Source: Octopus sinensis (lineage: Eukaryota). From it: a DNA stretch of 64,000 nt. The stretch lies in the NCBI RefSeq assembly GCF_006345805.1, contig NC_043023.1, forward strand, positions 15,004,001 to 15,068,000. Direction: 5' to 3'. Positions 52,975 through 64,000 of the stretch are shown piece by piece. The first letter of the stretch is position 1. Each line of letters starts with the position of its first letter. The notes under the pieces were generated by a model. That model saw nothing but the letters and a program-made list of their open reading frames with translations, was not told the origin of the DNA and did no database searches. A program made the translations under genes and the position numbers.

Positions 52975-53724
52975 ATATATATAAAACATGGTATAATTAT
53001 AAACAGAGCAAATTGAACTGCGCGAATGAAAATTGAACTGCGCTATTTCTGTTCCGAAATTCATCTCGCAAGTGCAAAAATTGATAATGTGTTTGTTTAG
53101 GCCTTATCCCATGCATTGAATAGTGAACTTTCCTCAGTCAGCTGTTTGATGTGAACTGTGTTCACCACGCGTGCAAGCATGTGAAAATTGCATGAAAAAT
53201 AAAAAGTCAAGATATAAAAACGAATCGCCGTAAACATTGTAGAAATTCGCCAAAGAAATAAATTTTCGGGATGTAGCCTGGAGGGTTTTTTCGTATTAAT
53301 CGTTTGGACTTTGTGAACACATACCAATTGCTTTCATAACATTTTTAACGCTTTGAATTAAATGTGACCATTTTGCGTTGAGTCTGCAGTTTGAATCACT
53401 TTAACCAAATTTTAGCAGGCCGGATTTTTGATCATCACGATACATTGCCAACGACTCCCTGAAACTCTCCCCTGAAATCCCCGTTGAGAAATACTGATCT
53501 AAAAGAATAATTCAACAATGCAATTATTTGATCAACAAAAATTTATGAAACACTTCTACGTACTTCCTATTGAGGAAATGGAACACATAAGCGCAAAAAT
53601 AGAGGGCATTAAATGCTTGATTTTAAAACCCAAATAATTGAATTTTGATTCAACTTCATCCAAGTTTAGCTTAATTCACGCGTGCATAGAACGCACGAGT
53701 GCATGAGCCGGGCAATACTGCTAG
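52975..53724 (+). mobile_element. Helitron-like element (3' end clear, 5' end approximate)
   Basis: ends GCCGGGCAATACTGCTAG|T, matching the other Helitron ends. Confidence 0.5.
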
Positions 53725-53774
53725 TATATATATATATAGGAATTTAACTGATTGCATATATATGCAGATATCCA

Positions 53775-54160
53775 CTTGCCTTGGATGTGCTTACCAACCA
53801 CATGGTTCCAGGTATAGTCCCACTGCGTGGTACCTTGGGCATCTGTCTTCTACTATAGCCTCAGGCCGACCAAAGCCTTGTGAGTGGATTTGGTAGACGG
53901 AAACTGAAAGAAGCCCGTCGTATATATGTATATATATATATGTGTGTTTGTGTCTGTGTTTGTCCCCTAGCATTGCTTGACAACCGATGCTGGTGTGTTT
54001 ATGTCCCCGTTACTTAGCGGTTCGGCAAAAGAGACCGATAGAATAAGTACTGGGCTTAGAAAAGAATAAGTCCGAGAGTCGAGTTGCTCAATTAAAGGTG
54101 GTGCTTCAGCATGGCCACAGTCAAATGACTGAAACAAGTAAAAGAGAAAAAGAGAAAAAG
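53775..54160 (+). mobile_element. SINE family A (5' degraded)
   Basis: body and tail match family A. Confidence 0.8.
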
Positions 54161-54378
54161 AGTATATATATATAACATAAAGTATAACAGCCATCTCAAT
54201 ATGGCTAACCACAAAGTGGGGGTGTTACTGTAGCTTTTAGCCCCAGGAGATCGATGTCTCCAGCTGGCTTTAGACACACTTTCTGTGCCCTTCAGGTATT
54301 TGCAAAGGGAAGTCATCCCTTCCTCGTAAGCCTTAGTGATACGCACCGGATTGCGGTTTCGAGATTATTGTCTCTTAT

Positions 54379-54437
<59 letters not shown>

Positions 54438-54825
54438 TTACATACACAATTTCTTTGCCTATGTAAAAAAAAGTATATGACTGTCATAGAGATTCTTGCA
54501 GTAGTAGAAAAGAAATTTCAAACTCCTATTTCTAAATTCGGTATGTGGTGAAGCAATTAACTGAACCCTAACTATAATTATGTTTCTAATTATAAAATAT
54601 TTGTATAATTTTACTTATAAAGGTTATTTTAACATACCGATCTACTTGGTAAATTATAATTATTGATTAATTGATTAATTAATTGATTAATTTAATTGAT
54701 AAATTTTACCCTTTTATTATTAATTTAAAATTACATATATATATATATAAAATTTTAAACTAATAATAAAAGGATAAAATTTATCAATTAAATTAATTAA
54801 TTAATCAATCAATTATATATTATAT

Positions 54826-54925
<100 letters not shown>

Positions 54926-54931
54926 ATATAT

Positions 54932-54973
<42 letters not shown>

Positions 54974-55326
54974 AATCACCCCATGGATTTATATGGATAA
55001 TACCATACAAAATTCTGGTGCCTTTGACTTAAGTACCATATTCATCTGAATCTAAATTTTGCTGAACTTATATATATATATATGGGTATGTATATATATG
55101 ATGGGCCTCTTTCAGTTATTGTCTACCAAATTAAATCACAAGGCTTTGGTCAGACCGAGGATATTGCAGAAGACACTTGTCTATGGTGCGACCCACTGAG
55201 ATTGAACTCAGGGCCTTGTGGTCAAGGAGCAAACTTCTTACCACACAGCCACATTAATCAAAATAAATTTCAAGACAATGTAATTCCATGAAAAAGAGAA
55301 GGGACATACTATTTCAAAGCACTTAA

Positions 55327-55742
55327 GGATCCTTTCCGTTTGACCGGCAGTTTTTCAAAATAATTTCCACGTAACTAAACACTTTTAAACTTCGTATACT
55401 GGTAGAATGTGTTTATAAAACATCTTTTTCTCTTGGCTTTATTGAGAAAATTCTATAGTTTGTAACATATTTGTTGTTTTTTTTCTTCAATTTCTGCAAT
55501 TTCAACCAATCAATGACGTCTATTGAGGTGAAAACATTCTGTGCTGTATGAATATGTCCCACTTTTAAGAAACAGATTGGGTTTATTTACATTTGTGAAG
55601 AAAAAAGATACCCTTCTCCCCACCCGTAACCCTAACCCTAAAACAGATTGAAATGCAATAGATCGATACTAGGGTCATAATTATGGGTGACAATTTCATA
55701 TGACACCGCTAGAAAAAACTGCCGTTCAAACCGAAAAGATCC
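55327..55742. mobile_element. same MITE, TSD GCACTTAA/GCACTTAT, 230 bp upstream of the CPSF3 ATG
   Basis: TIRs plus 7/8 TSD match. Confidence 0.88.
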
Positions 55743-55744
55743 GC

Positions 55745-55972
55745 ACTTATTTCTTCGATTCGGTCGTTCAGTGTTGCCAAGGTATTTTTTTTATACATTC
55801 ACCGAAATTATTATTAGCTTATTTTATTTAACGCCGCTTTAGTTCATGATTACCCCGTAACCAGTTCTAAATCGTCGCTCCGAATTAGTCGAAGAGGAGA
55901 CAACTCTTGAAAAAAGGGCGCGAGGTTGAAATTATGTTTATAGGTGTCGCTGCGGTATAAACGTGGTGAAAG
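55745..55972 (+). promoter_or_regulatory. CpG-enriched putative promoter/5' UTR of CPSF3
   Basis: non-repetitive CpG-rich island directly upstream of the ATG; YY1-like AAGATGGCG at the start codon; TSS not determinable. Confidence 0.55.
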
Positions 55973-56043
55973 ATGGCGACGAAGAGGAAAACCGATGCTT
56001 TCTTTCCGGTCGAGGAGAACGATCAGCTCATTATCCGGCCTCT
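55973..56043 (+). CDS. CPSF3: CPSF3/CPSF73 coding exon 1 (MATKRKTDAFFPVEENDQLIIRP + 2 nt of Leu codon)
   Basis: ATG in AAGATGGCG context; translation matches the CPSF73 N-terminus (EESDQLLIRPL-type motif); ends CT|GTGAGT donor, phase 2, joins exon 2 in frame. Confidence 0.92.
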
Positions 56044-56369
56044 GTGAGTATCCTTTGTAGCCTTATAACTTCGGATTATAAACACATATGTACGTATTCA
56101 GCGTACGACTGCATCAGTGCTTTAGAACTGTGTATCGATTACCCCACTCCATGCTGGCCCACCCGGCCTCTGTCCATGTGTGTGTGTGTGTATGTGTTTG
56201 TCAGAGAACATCTTTTGATGCAAGTCTGATGAAGGGCCACCCTGGTGTTTAAATCCTTAAGTATTACGTGACTTAGGACATGGAAGTCTTGCGGTGAATG
56301 ATGGCATTAACGAAACTGTGTGACTGGTCATTAAAGATGTGCTAAGTTCTTTGTCTTAATTGGATGTTA

Positions 56370-56414
<45 letters not shown>

Positions 56415-56579
56415 GTCTGTCTGTCTATTTATCTATCTATCTGTCTATCTATCTATCTGTCCATCTGTCTGTCTATCTATCTATCTGTCTGTCTATCTAT
56501 CTATCTATCTATCTGTCTGTCTGTCTATTTATCTATCTATCTGTCCATCTGTCTATCTATCTATCTGTCCATCTGTCTG

Positions 56580-56638
<59 letters not shown>

Positions 56639-56844
56639 GTCTGTCTGTCTATTTATCTATCTATCTGTCCATCTGTCTATCTATCTATCTGTCCATCTGT
56701 CTGTCTATCTATCTATCTGTCTGTCTATCTATCTATCTATCTATCTATCTACCTAGCCATCTGTCTATCTATCTATCTATCCATCTATCTATCGATCTAT
56801 CTAGCTATCCATCTGTCTATCTATTTATATGTGTGTGTGTACAT

Positions 56845-57242
56845 ACTCTTTACTCTTTTACTTGTTTCACTCATTTGACTGCGGCCATGCTGGAGCACCG
56901 CCTTTAGTTGAGCAAATCGACCTCAGGACTTATTCTTTGTAAGCCCAGTACTTATTCTATCGGTCTCTTTTGCCGAACCGCTAAGTGACGGGGACGTAAA
57001 CACACCAGCATCGGTTGTCAAGCAATGCTAGGGGGACAAACACAGACACATAAACACACACATACATATATATACATATACATATAGACGACAGGCTTCT
57101 TTCAGTTTCCGTCTACCAAAACCACTCACAAGGCATTGGTCGGCCCGGCGCTATAGCAGAAGACACTTGCCCAAGATGCCACGCAGTGGGACTGAACCCG
57201 GAACCATGTGGTTGGTTAGCATGCTACTTACCACACAGCCAC
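56845..57242 (-). mobile_element. SINE family A in CPSF3 intron 1
   Basis: full copy, antisense to CPSF3. Confidence 0.85.
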
Positions 57243-58036
57243 ATGTAATATACATGTCTGCATACATAGATGCATGTAACATGTTTATACATATATGCAC
57301 ATAGTGGTCCCGGTGCGCGCACTCTCGTATGTATGTATGATACATACATACATCATACATACATACATACATGAAGATGATATATATTGGGTTGTTCGTA
57401 AAGTTCATGCCGATTTTTAAAGGAAAGAAAAAGGTCAACAAATACCTGCCATTATTCATATATTTGTATTTTGTTTATGGCAGATGTCTATTAGGGATAT
57501 TCATCATTATCATTTAATGTCTGCCTTCCATGCTGGCATGGGTTGGACGGTTTGACAGGAGCTGGCCAGGCTTCTGTGTCTGTTTTGACATGGCTTCTAT
57601 GGCTGGATGCCCTTCCCAACACCATCACCCCACAGAGTGGACCGAGTGCTTTCTACATGGCACCAGCACAGACGAGGTCGGTTTTGGCAAGGATTTTATA
57701 GCTGAATGCCCTTCCAAATGCCAACCACTTTACAATGTGGACTGGATGCTTTTTACATAGCAGCAGCACCGGCTGGGTTACCAAGTAACTTGCAAGGAAA
57801 AGATCCTTTGAGAGGGGAGAGGGCACTGGAGGAGGTGACCTTGTGCCAGGTGATGAAATCCAGTCACAAGGCTTTGGTCGGCCCGAGGCTATAGTAGAAA
57901 ACACTTGCCCAAGGTGTTATGCAGTGGGAATGAAACCTGAACCATGTGGTTGATAAGCAAGCTACTTACCACACAGCCAGATTCTTTTTTCCCCAAAATA
58001 AATTGCACTGCATATTCTTTCCTACTCTATATACCT

Positions 58037-58817
58037 ATTTCTTTATTATCCACAAGGGGCTAAACACAGAGGGGACAAACAAGGACAGACATAGGTATTA
58101 AGTCGATTACACCGACCCCAGTGCGTAACTGGTACTTAATTTATCGACCCCGAAAGGATGAAAGGCAAAGTCGATCTCGGCGGAATTTGAACTCAGAACG
58201 TAACGGCAGACGAAATACCTATTTCTTTATTACCCACAAGGGGTTAAACACAGAGGGGACAAACAAGGACAGACATAGGTATTAAGTCAATTACATCGAC
58301 CCCAGTGCGTAACTGGTACTTAATTTATCGACCCCGAAAGGATGAAAGGCAAAGTCGACCTCGGCAGAATTTGAACTCAGAACGTAACGGCAGACGAAAT
58401 ACCTATTTCTTTATTACCCACAAGGGGCTAAACACAGAGGGGACAAACAAGGACAGACATAGGTATTAAGTCAATTACATCGACCCCAGTGCGTAACTGG
58501 TACTTATTTAATCGACCCCGAAAGGATGAAAGGCAAAGTCGATCTCGGCGGAATTTGAACTCAGAACGTAACGGCAGACGAAATACCTATTTCTTTATTA
58601 CCCACAAGGGGCTAAACACAGAGGGGACAAACAAGGACAGACATAGGTATTAAGTCGATTACATCGACCCCAGTGCGTAACTGGTACTTAATTTATCGAC
58701 CCCGAAAGGATGAAAGGCAAAGTCGACCTCGGCGGAATTTGAACTCACAACGTAACGCAGACGAAATACCGCTAAGCATTTCGCCCGGCGTGCTAACGTT
58801 TCTGCCAGCTCGCCACC
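58037..58817 (-). mobile_element. SINE family B tetramer with 19-bp TSD in CPSF3 intron 1
   Basis: TTTCCTACTCTATATACCT at 58018-58036 and 58819-58837; 184-bp period. Confidence 0.9.
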
Positions 58818-59284
58818 TTTTCCTACTCTATATACCTCACCATCAGAGATAAAGGGGTGAAACTACAACGACTTTCCAGACTCTGAATGATGAGCTAATC
58901 GGCTGCGAATGATCTGTGAATCTTGTTTTCATCCTGTTTGCTGTTTATCGTGCTATTGTCTATTTTTCTGCATGTGTTTGGGTGGCTTCCGTTTGTTGTG
59001 TTCTTTCTGTTCTACCTTTGATATATAGTAGAAGACACTTGCCCAAGGTGCCAAGCAGTGGAACTGAACCCGGGACCATGTGGTTGGGAAGCAAGCTACT
59101 TACCACACAGCCACTCCTACGCCTATGTATATATAAATGAAGTATAAGGAAAGGGAAAATTGTAGGTGTAGACGCCTAAAATATTTTTACTTTATAAACT
59201 TTAATTCATAATATAAAACTTTATAAACTTTGGTAGATGGAAACTGAAAGAAGCCTGTTGTACACACACACACACACACATACA

Positions 59285-59586
59285 TATATTCTTTTGTAAG
59301 CCCAGTACTTATTCTATCGGTCTCTTTTGCCGATCCGCTAAGTAATGGGGACATAAACACACCAGCATCGGTTGTCAAGCAATGCTAGGGGGACAAACAC
59401 ACATCTATATATATACATATATACGACAGGCTTCTTTCAGTTTCCGTCTACCAAATCCACTCACAAGGCTTTGGTCGGCCCGAGGCTATAGTAGAAGACA
59501 CATGCCCAAGGTGCCATGCAGTGGGACTGAACCCGGAACCATGTGGTTGGTAAAGAAGCTTCCTACCACCCAGCCACTCCTGCGCC
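59285..59586 (-). mobile_element. SINE family A (partial) ending ~40 bp before the exon 2 acceptor
   Basis: family A body and head on the reverse strand. Confidence 0.8.
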
Positions 59587-59628
59587 TGTACATATAATGT
59601 CTAATAATTTTTTCATTGTTTATTCCAG

Positions 59629-59692
59629 GGGAGCTGGACAGGAGGTTGGCAGATCATGTATTATGATGGAATTCAAAGGCAAAAAAATCATG
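59629..59692 (+). CDS. CPSF3: CPSF3 coding exon 2 (L-GAGQEVGRSCIMMEFKGKKIM)
   Basis: TTATTCCAG acceptor and ATG|GTAAG donor; GAGQEVGRSC is the first metallo-beta-lactamase motif of CPSF73 (INTS11 has GQDVGRSC). Confidence 0.96.
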
Positions 59693-59814
59693 GTAAGCTT
59701 TGTATTCTGCTATTTTTTACCCATATTTATGTGTGTCTGTCTGTGTGTCTAAAAAGAGGTCTCTGGTTGTGCTGTGAATTGGCTAGAATGCTTCGCAGCA
59801 TTTGCGCTTTGCTT

Positions 59815-60517
59815 GTTCCTTCTCAAGCCATGCCTGGCTCATAAGGGCCGGTTTCCTTGGCGTATAGGTTCCCCACCTGGATGGGATGCCGGTCCATCGC
59901 AGGTGAGCTGCAAGATGCAGGAGGAAAGAGTGAGAGAAAGTTGTGGCGAAAGAGTCAGCAGAAGTTCGCCATTACCTTCTGCCGGAGCCGCGTAGGGCTT
60001 AGGTGTTTCGCTCATAAACACACACATCTCCCAGTCTGAGATTCGAACCCGCAATCCCTTGACTGTGACTCCGCTACTCTAACCACTAAGCCATGTGCCT
60101 CATACACACACATTTATTGTTTGTTCCTTTACGAGCCATGCCCGGCTCATAAGGACCGGTTTCCTTGGCATATAGGTTCTCCACTTGGACGGGACGCGGT
60201 CCATCGCAGGTGAGCTGCTAGATGCAGGAGGAAAGAGTGAGAGAAAGTTGTGGCGAAAGAGTCAGCAGAAGTTCATCATTACCTTCTGCCGGAGCAGCAT
60301 GGAACTTAGGTGTTTCGCTCATAAACACACACATCGCCTGGTCTGAGATTCGAAACTGCGAGTCTGCTGCTCTAACCACTAGGCCATGTGCCTCCACATA
60401 TATATATATATATCATCTTGGTATTTAGCCCCTTGAGCACTACATTTTTTATAGCATGCTGAAAAATTGCAGAACTTTCATTCTCGTCTGTAATTGCAAA
60501 ACCATATGTATATATGC

Positions 60518-60577
<60 letters not shown>

Positions 60578-60867
60578 TGTTCCTTCTCGAGCCATACCCG
60601 GCTCATAAGGGCTGGTTTCCTTGGTGTATAGGTTCCCCACCTGGATGGGATGCCGGTCCATCACAGGTGAGCTGCAAGATGCAGGAGGAAAGAGTGAGAG
60701 AAAGTTGTGGCGAAAGAGTCAGCAGAAGTTCACCATTACCTTCTGCTGGAGCTGCATGGAGCTTAGGTGTTTCGCTCATAAACACACACATCACCTGGTC
60801 TGAGATTCGAACCCACGATCCCTCGACTGCGAATCCACTGCTCTAACCACTAGGCCATGTGCCTCCA
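59815..60867 (-). mobile_element. three co-oriented SINE family C copies (59815-60101, 60122-60399, 60577-60867) in CPSF3 intron 2
   Basis: same head; tail contains CCTGCGATGGACCGGCATCCCATCCAG (V-domain-like, by recollection). Confidence 0.8.
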
Positions 60868-61377
60868 CTTGCGTCTGTGCATTCAGAGTTCAAAACCTAC
60901 CAACATCAGATCATTATCATCATCATTGTTATCCACTGTGCCATGCGCCTTCTGTTAACAGCAACAACAACAACATTGTTTTAATATTGTTTCAATTATT
61001 GTATGGGTCAGTTGGAATTTTTTTGAGGCAGATTTTTTACAGCTGGATGCTCTTGCTGTTGCTGTGTAAAAAGCACTTAGTCTATTTTTCTGGGTGGTTG
61101 GTGTTAGGAAGGGCATCCAGCTGTAAAAACTATGCCAAAACTAACCTCACCTGTGCTGGTGTCACGTAAAAAGCACTCAATCCAGTCTGTGGAGTGGTTG
61201 GTTAAGTTAAGTTAGGTTAATTTCTTGGCTCAAAAGCAAAAAGCAAGGCCATGTAGGGGGATAATAAATTAAGTACCAGTTACGCACTGGGGTCGATATA
61301 ATCGACTTAATCCATTTGTCTGTCCTTGTTTGTCCCCTCTGTGTTTAGCCCCTTGTGGGTAGTAAAGGAATAGAAGG

Positions 61378-61830
61378 GTGGAGGTGTTCGACAATGACTG
61401 TCTCCGTTGCATTCTTCGCTGCCAACGCATTGATCAGGTTGCTACAGCTGGTTTTCGTCATCGCCTGAATCTCCAGCCCCTCCCTTTGGTGCTTCTACAA
61501 CGGCACTTAAGGTGGTTCGGTCATGCGTCCCAGCCTCCAGAGGGCGAGCTGATTCACAATGTCCTCCTCCCACTTTCACTTCCCAGCTACTGCAAACGCA
61601 TGGGCGGGCAGCTGAAGACCTGGGAAACAACGATAAAGGAGGACCTCTCCGAACTCGCAGGTCCACAGGTGGTCGGTCTGCGCAGATGGAACCGCGAATG
61701 GCTTGCTATCTCCAGTGACCTCACACAGGACCCTCAAGTGTGGGCCGCCATGGTTCATGATGCCATCAGGACCAGAGAAGAAGCCGGCTCAACCCACCCT
61801 GGGTGAATGCCATTACAAGTAAGTAAGTAA
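61378..61830 (+). mobile_element. 5'-truncated RTE-type LINE 3' end in CPSF3 intron 2
   Basis: LEVFDNDCLRCIL...LRWFGH...KTWETTIKEDL...EAGSTHPG* then (AGTA)n tail. Confidence 0.8.
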
Positions 61831-62315
61831 CCCATGCCAACATGGAAGGTGGATATTAAACGATGATGATGATGAAATACAGACCTCATCATCGTTTAAC
61901 GTCCGTTTTCCGCGCTAGCATGGGTTGGATGGTTCGACTGGGGTCTGGGGAGCCAGTAGGCTGCACCAGGCCCAGTCTGATCTGGCAGTGTTTCTACAGC
62001 TGGATGCCCTTCCTAACACCAACCACTCCGTGAGTGTAGTGGGTGCTTTTTACATGCCACTGGCACAGGGACCAGAGGAGACTGGCAACGGCCACAATCG
62101 GATGGTGCTTTTTACGTGCCACCGGCACTGAGGCCAGTCGGAGCGGCGCTGGCAACGGCCACGTTCGGATGGTTCTCTTATGTGCCACCAGCACTGGTAT
62201 CACAGCTGCAATTTCCATTGATGTTGATCGATTTCGATTTTGATCTTCACTTGCCTCAACAGGTCTTCATTCACAGACATTTTTTAAAATTTTTTTATTT
62301 TATCTTTCATTTCAG

Positions 62316-62413
62316 CTTGACTGTGGTATCCATCCAGGATTGAATGGTTTCGCATCTTTGCCTTTTTTGGATCTTGTGGAGGTCGAGGAAGTTGACCTTC
62401 TTCTTGTCAGCCA
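62316..62413 (+). CDS. CPSF3: CPSF3 coding exon 3 ([33 protein letters not shown])
   Basis: pyrimidine tract+TTCAG acceptor, CA|GTAAGT donor; LDCGIHPG and DLLL.SH lead into the HxHxDH motif; gene continues past the window end. Confidence 0.96.
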
Positions 62414-62490
62414 GTAAGTGAACTTTGACCTTTTATTGCCAGTTATTTCAAGTGTAGTGAAGTGATTTGCTTCTCAACTATGCCTTTTAA

Positions 62491-62712
62491 CCCTTTTGAT
62501 ACCAACCCGGCTGAAACCAGCTCTGACTCTGTAGTACAAATGTCTTATTTTCAAAAATTCTGCATTAAAATCTTCCACCAAACCTTAGTCACAATTTATG
62601 TTCCTAACACTAGCTGAATGATAACTAAGTTATTTTACTAAATTCTGTGTTATATTTAAAATTAATTGAAAGAAATAGAGAGCATTTAGACAGAAATATT
62701 AGAACAAAAGGG
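62491..62712. mobile_element. piggyBac-like MITE (TTAA TSD, CCCTTTTG termini); truncated second copy 62744-62904
   Basis: TTAA|CCCTTTTG...CAAAAGGG|TTAA. Confidence 0.8.
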
Positions 62713-62904
62713 TTAAAATATATAATAGAGAAACAATTCTTAACCCTTTTGATACCAACCTTGCTAAAACCGCCTCTGGCTCTGAGTACAAATGTCTTGT
62801 TTTCATAAGTTTTGAATTAAAATTTTCCACCAAACCTTAGTCACAATTTATGGTTTCTGACACTAGCTTAATGATAACTAAGTTATTTTACTAAATTCTT
62901 TGTT

Positions 62905-64000
62905 CTCCTACCACATCACGATTCTCTCTCAAACACTGTCTTGCAACACGAAACACCTCCAGTCTTTGGTCCTCACGGCGCAGAACATTGGCAAATTTTT
63001 TCTTATCTGCTTCCCCTCTGGCTAAATAAACCTGTCTCCTAGCTTCTCTTTTGGCAGTCTGATACAATTCCCTGCTACCCCATTTTTCCAGACCTTCCAA
63101 GCCTGTCTCTTTTCTCTAATAGCCCTGTCTACAATATTGTTCCACCACCACGTTATTCTAGGTCGAGAGGGGACTTTGCACCAGCCACAGATCTGGTCAG
63201 TGGCTCTCAGCAGGTTGTCCCTTAGAAACGTCCAGCTGTCTTCTACCCCCTGTGATGCTCTATCCCCTTCTACTTCGTCAGAGGCTTCAAGTAATATGTC
63301 CCTAAATCTCTGTCCATTTGCAGGATCTTTAAGCTTCCAGATCCTTCTTCTCCATATTTGTCGTCTTCTGGTTGTCCTCCTAGTCCTGATCCTAAAGTCA
63401 CTAACTACCAGTCTATGTTGTGGGGTACATTCTTCACTTGGGAAGGTTTTGGCATTTATAAGCAGCCATCTCTCCCTTTGCCTTGTAAGGATGTAGTCAA
63501 TTTGGCTGGTATGTTGGCCCGATTGGTAAGTGACTAGGTGGCTGGTAGGTTTCCTGAAGTTAGTGTTGCAAATCATAAGATTATTTGCATCGCAGAACTC
63601 CAGCAGCCTGGTTCCCTCCTCGTTGCGGGAGCCATAGCCATAGCCTCCATGTACGCCATGGAAGCCCCCAGCATGTCGTCCAACGTGACCATTGAAGTCA
63701 CCAGCCACAAAGATAAGGTCTCTGTCGTTCGTCAATGAGGTAGTCTGCAGTAGAGTGTCATAGAATCGGTCTTTCTGTCCATCGGGTAGCCCCGACTGAG
63801 GAGCATAGGCTGATATAATGGTTGCTAAACTATGATGAAGCACTAATCTAATCTTAAGTATTCTGTCACTTACTCTGATTACCTCAATTACTTTATCTAC
63901 CCATTTCTCAGCGATAAGTATACCCACGCCACCAACCCCGTCAGTGTTCCTGCCCAGAAAATCTTGTACCTGCGTTCCTTGCCTGTGAGGAACCTAGCTG
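62905..64000 (-). pseudogene. RTE LINE AP-endonuclease and linker region, frameshifted, RT absent; antisense in CPSF3 intron 3
   Basis: GVGILIAEKW...ISAYAPQ...AGDFNGHVG...NTNFRK...QIDYIL...QHRLVV; 1-nt shifts near 63947 and 63075. Confidence 0.88.

Noticed and set aside
56222-56275. Hammerhead-like CTGATGAAGG...CCT in CPSF3 intron 1
   Set aside because: The GAAA half of the core is missing (TAAG); at best a decayed relic.
59629-59692. INTS11 (CPSF3L) identity
   Set aside because: GQEVGRSC, EFKGKKIM and DCGIHPG match CPSF73, not INTS11 (GQDVGRSC, DCGMHMG).
63022-63927. Active LINE or host endonuclease gene
   Set aside because: Frameshifts on both sides and the RT domain is missing.

Overview
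Repeat-dense eukaryotic DNA; the microsatellite load and the SINE/LINE/MITE content suggest an octopus (coleoid cephalopod) genome, which is an inference. The only host gene I can support is the 5' end of CPSF3 (CPSF73) on the + strand: three coding exons (55973-56043, 59629-59692, 62316-62413) with GT-AG boundaries and matching phases, continuing beyond the window. The rest is tRNA-derived SINEs (several families, some multimeric), RTE/RTE-X/CR1 LINE relics, Tc1/mariner relics, a GGATC-ended MITE/fold-back family with 8-bp target duplications and internal telomere-like repeats, piggyBac-like MITEs, Helitron-like elements and very long micro/minisatellites. All long ORFs in the track between about 9 and 46 kb are microsatellite artefacts. 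The most notable signal is a non-coding ~600-bp unit (2009-3673), arranged as a tandem pair plus an inverted copy, each carrying a type-I hammerhead ribozyme fold with a palindromic minimal stem III, i.e. a Penelope-like/retrozyme-like element. Other highlights: a 145-bp satellite born from a MITE end, SINE multimers flanked by single TSDs, a composite MITE that moved as a unit, and a candidate divergent gene upstream of CPSF3. Repeat coordinates were read by eye and may be off by a few bases.
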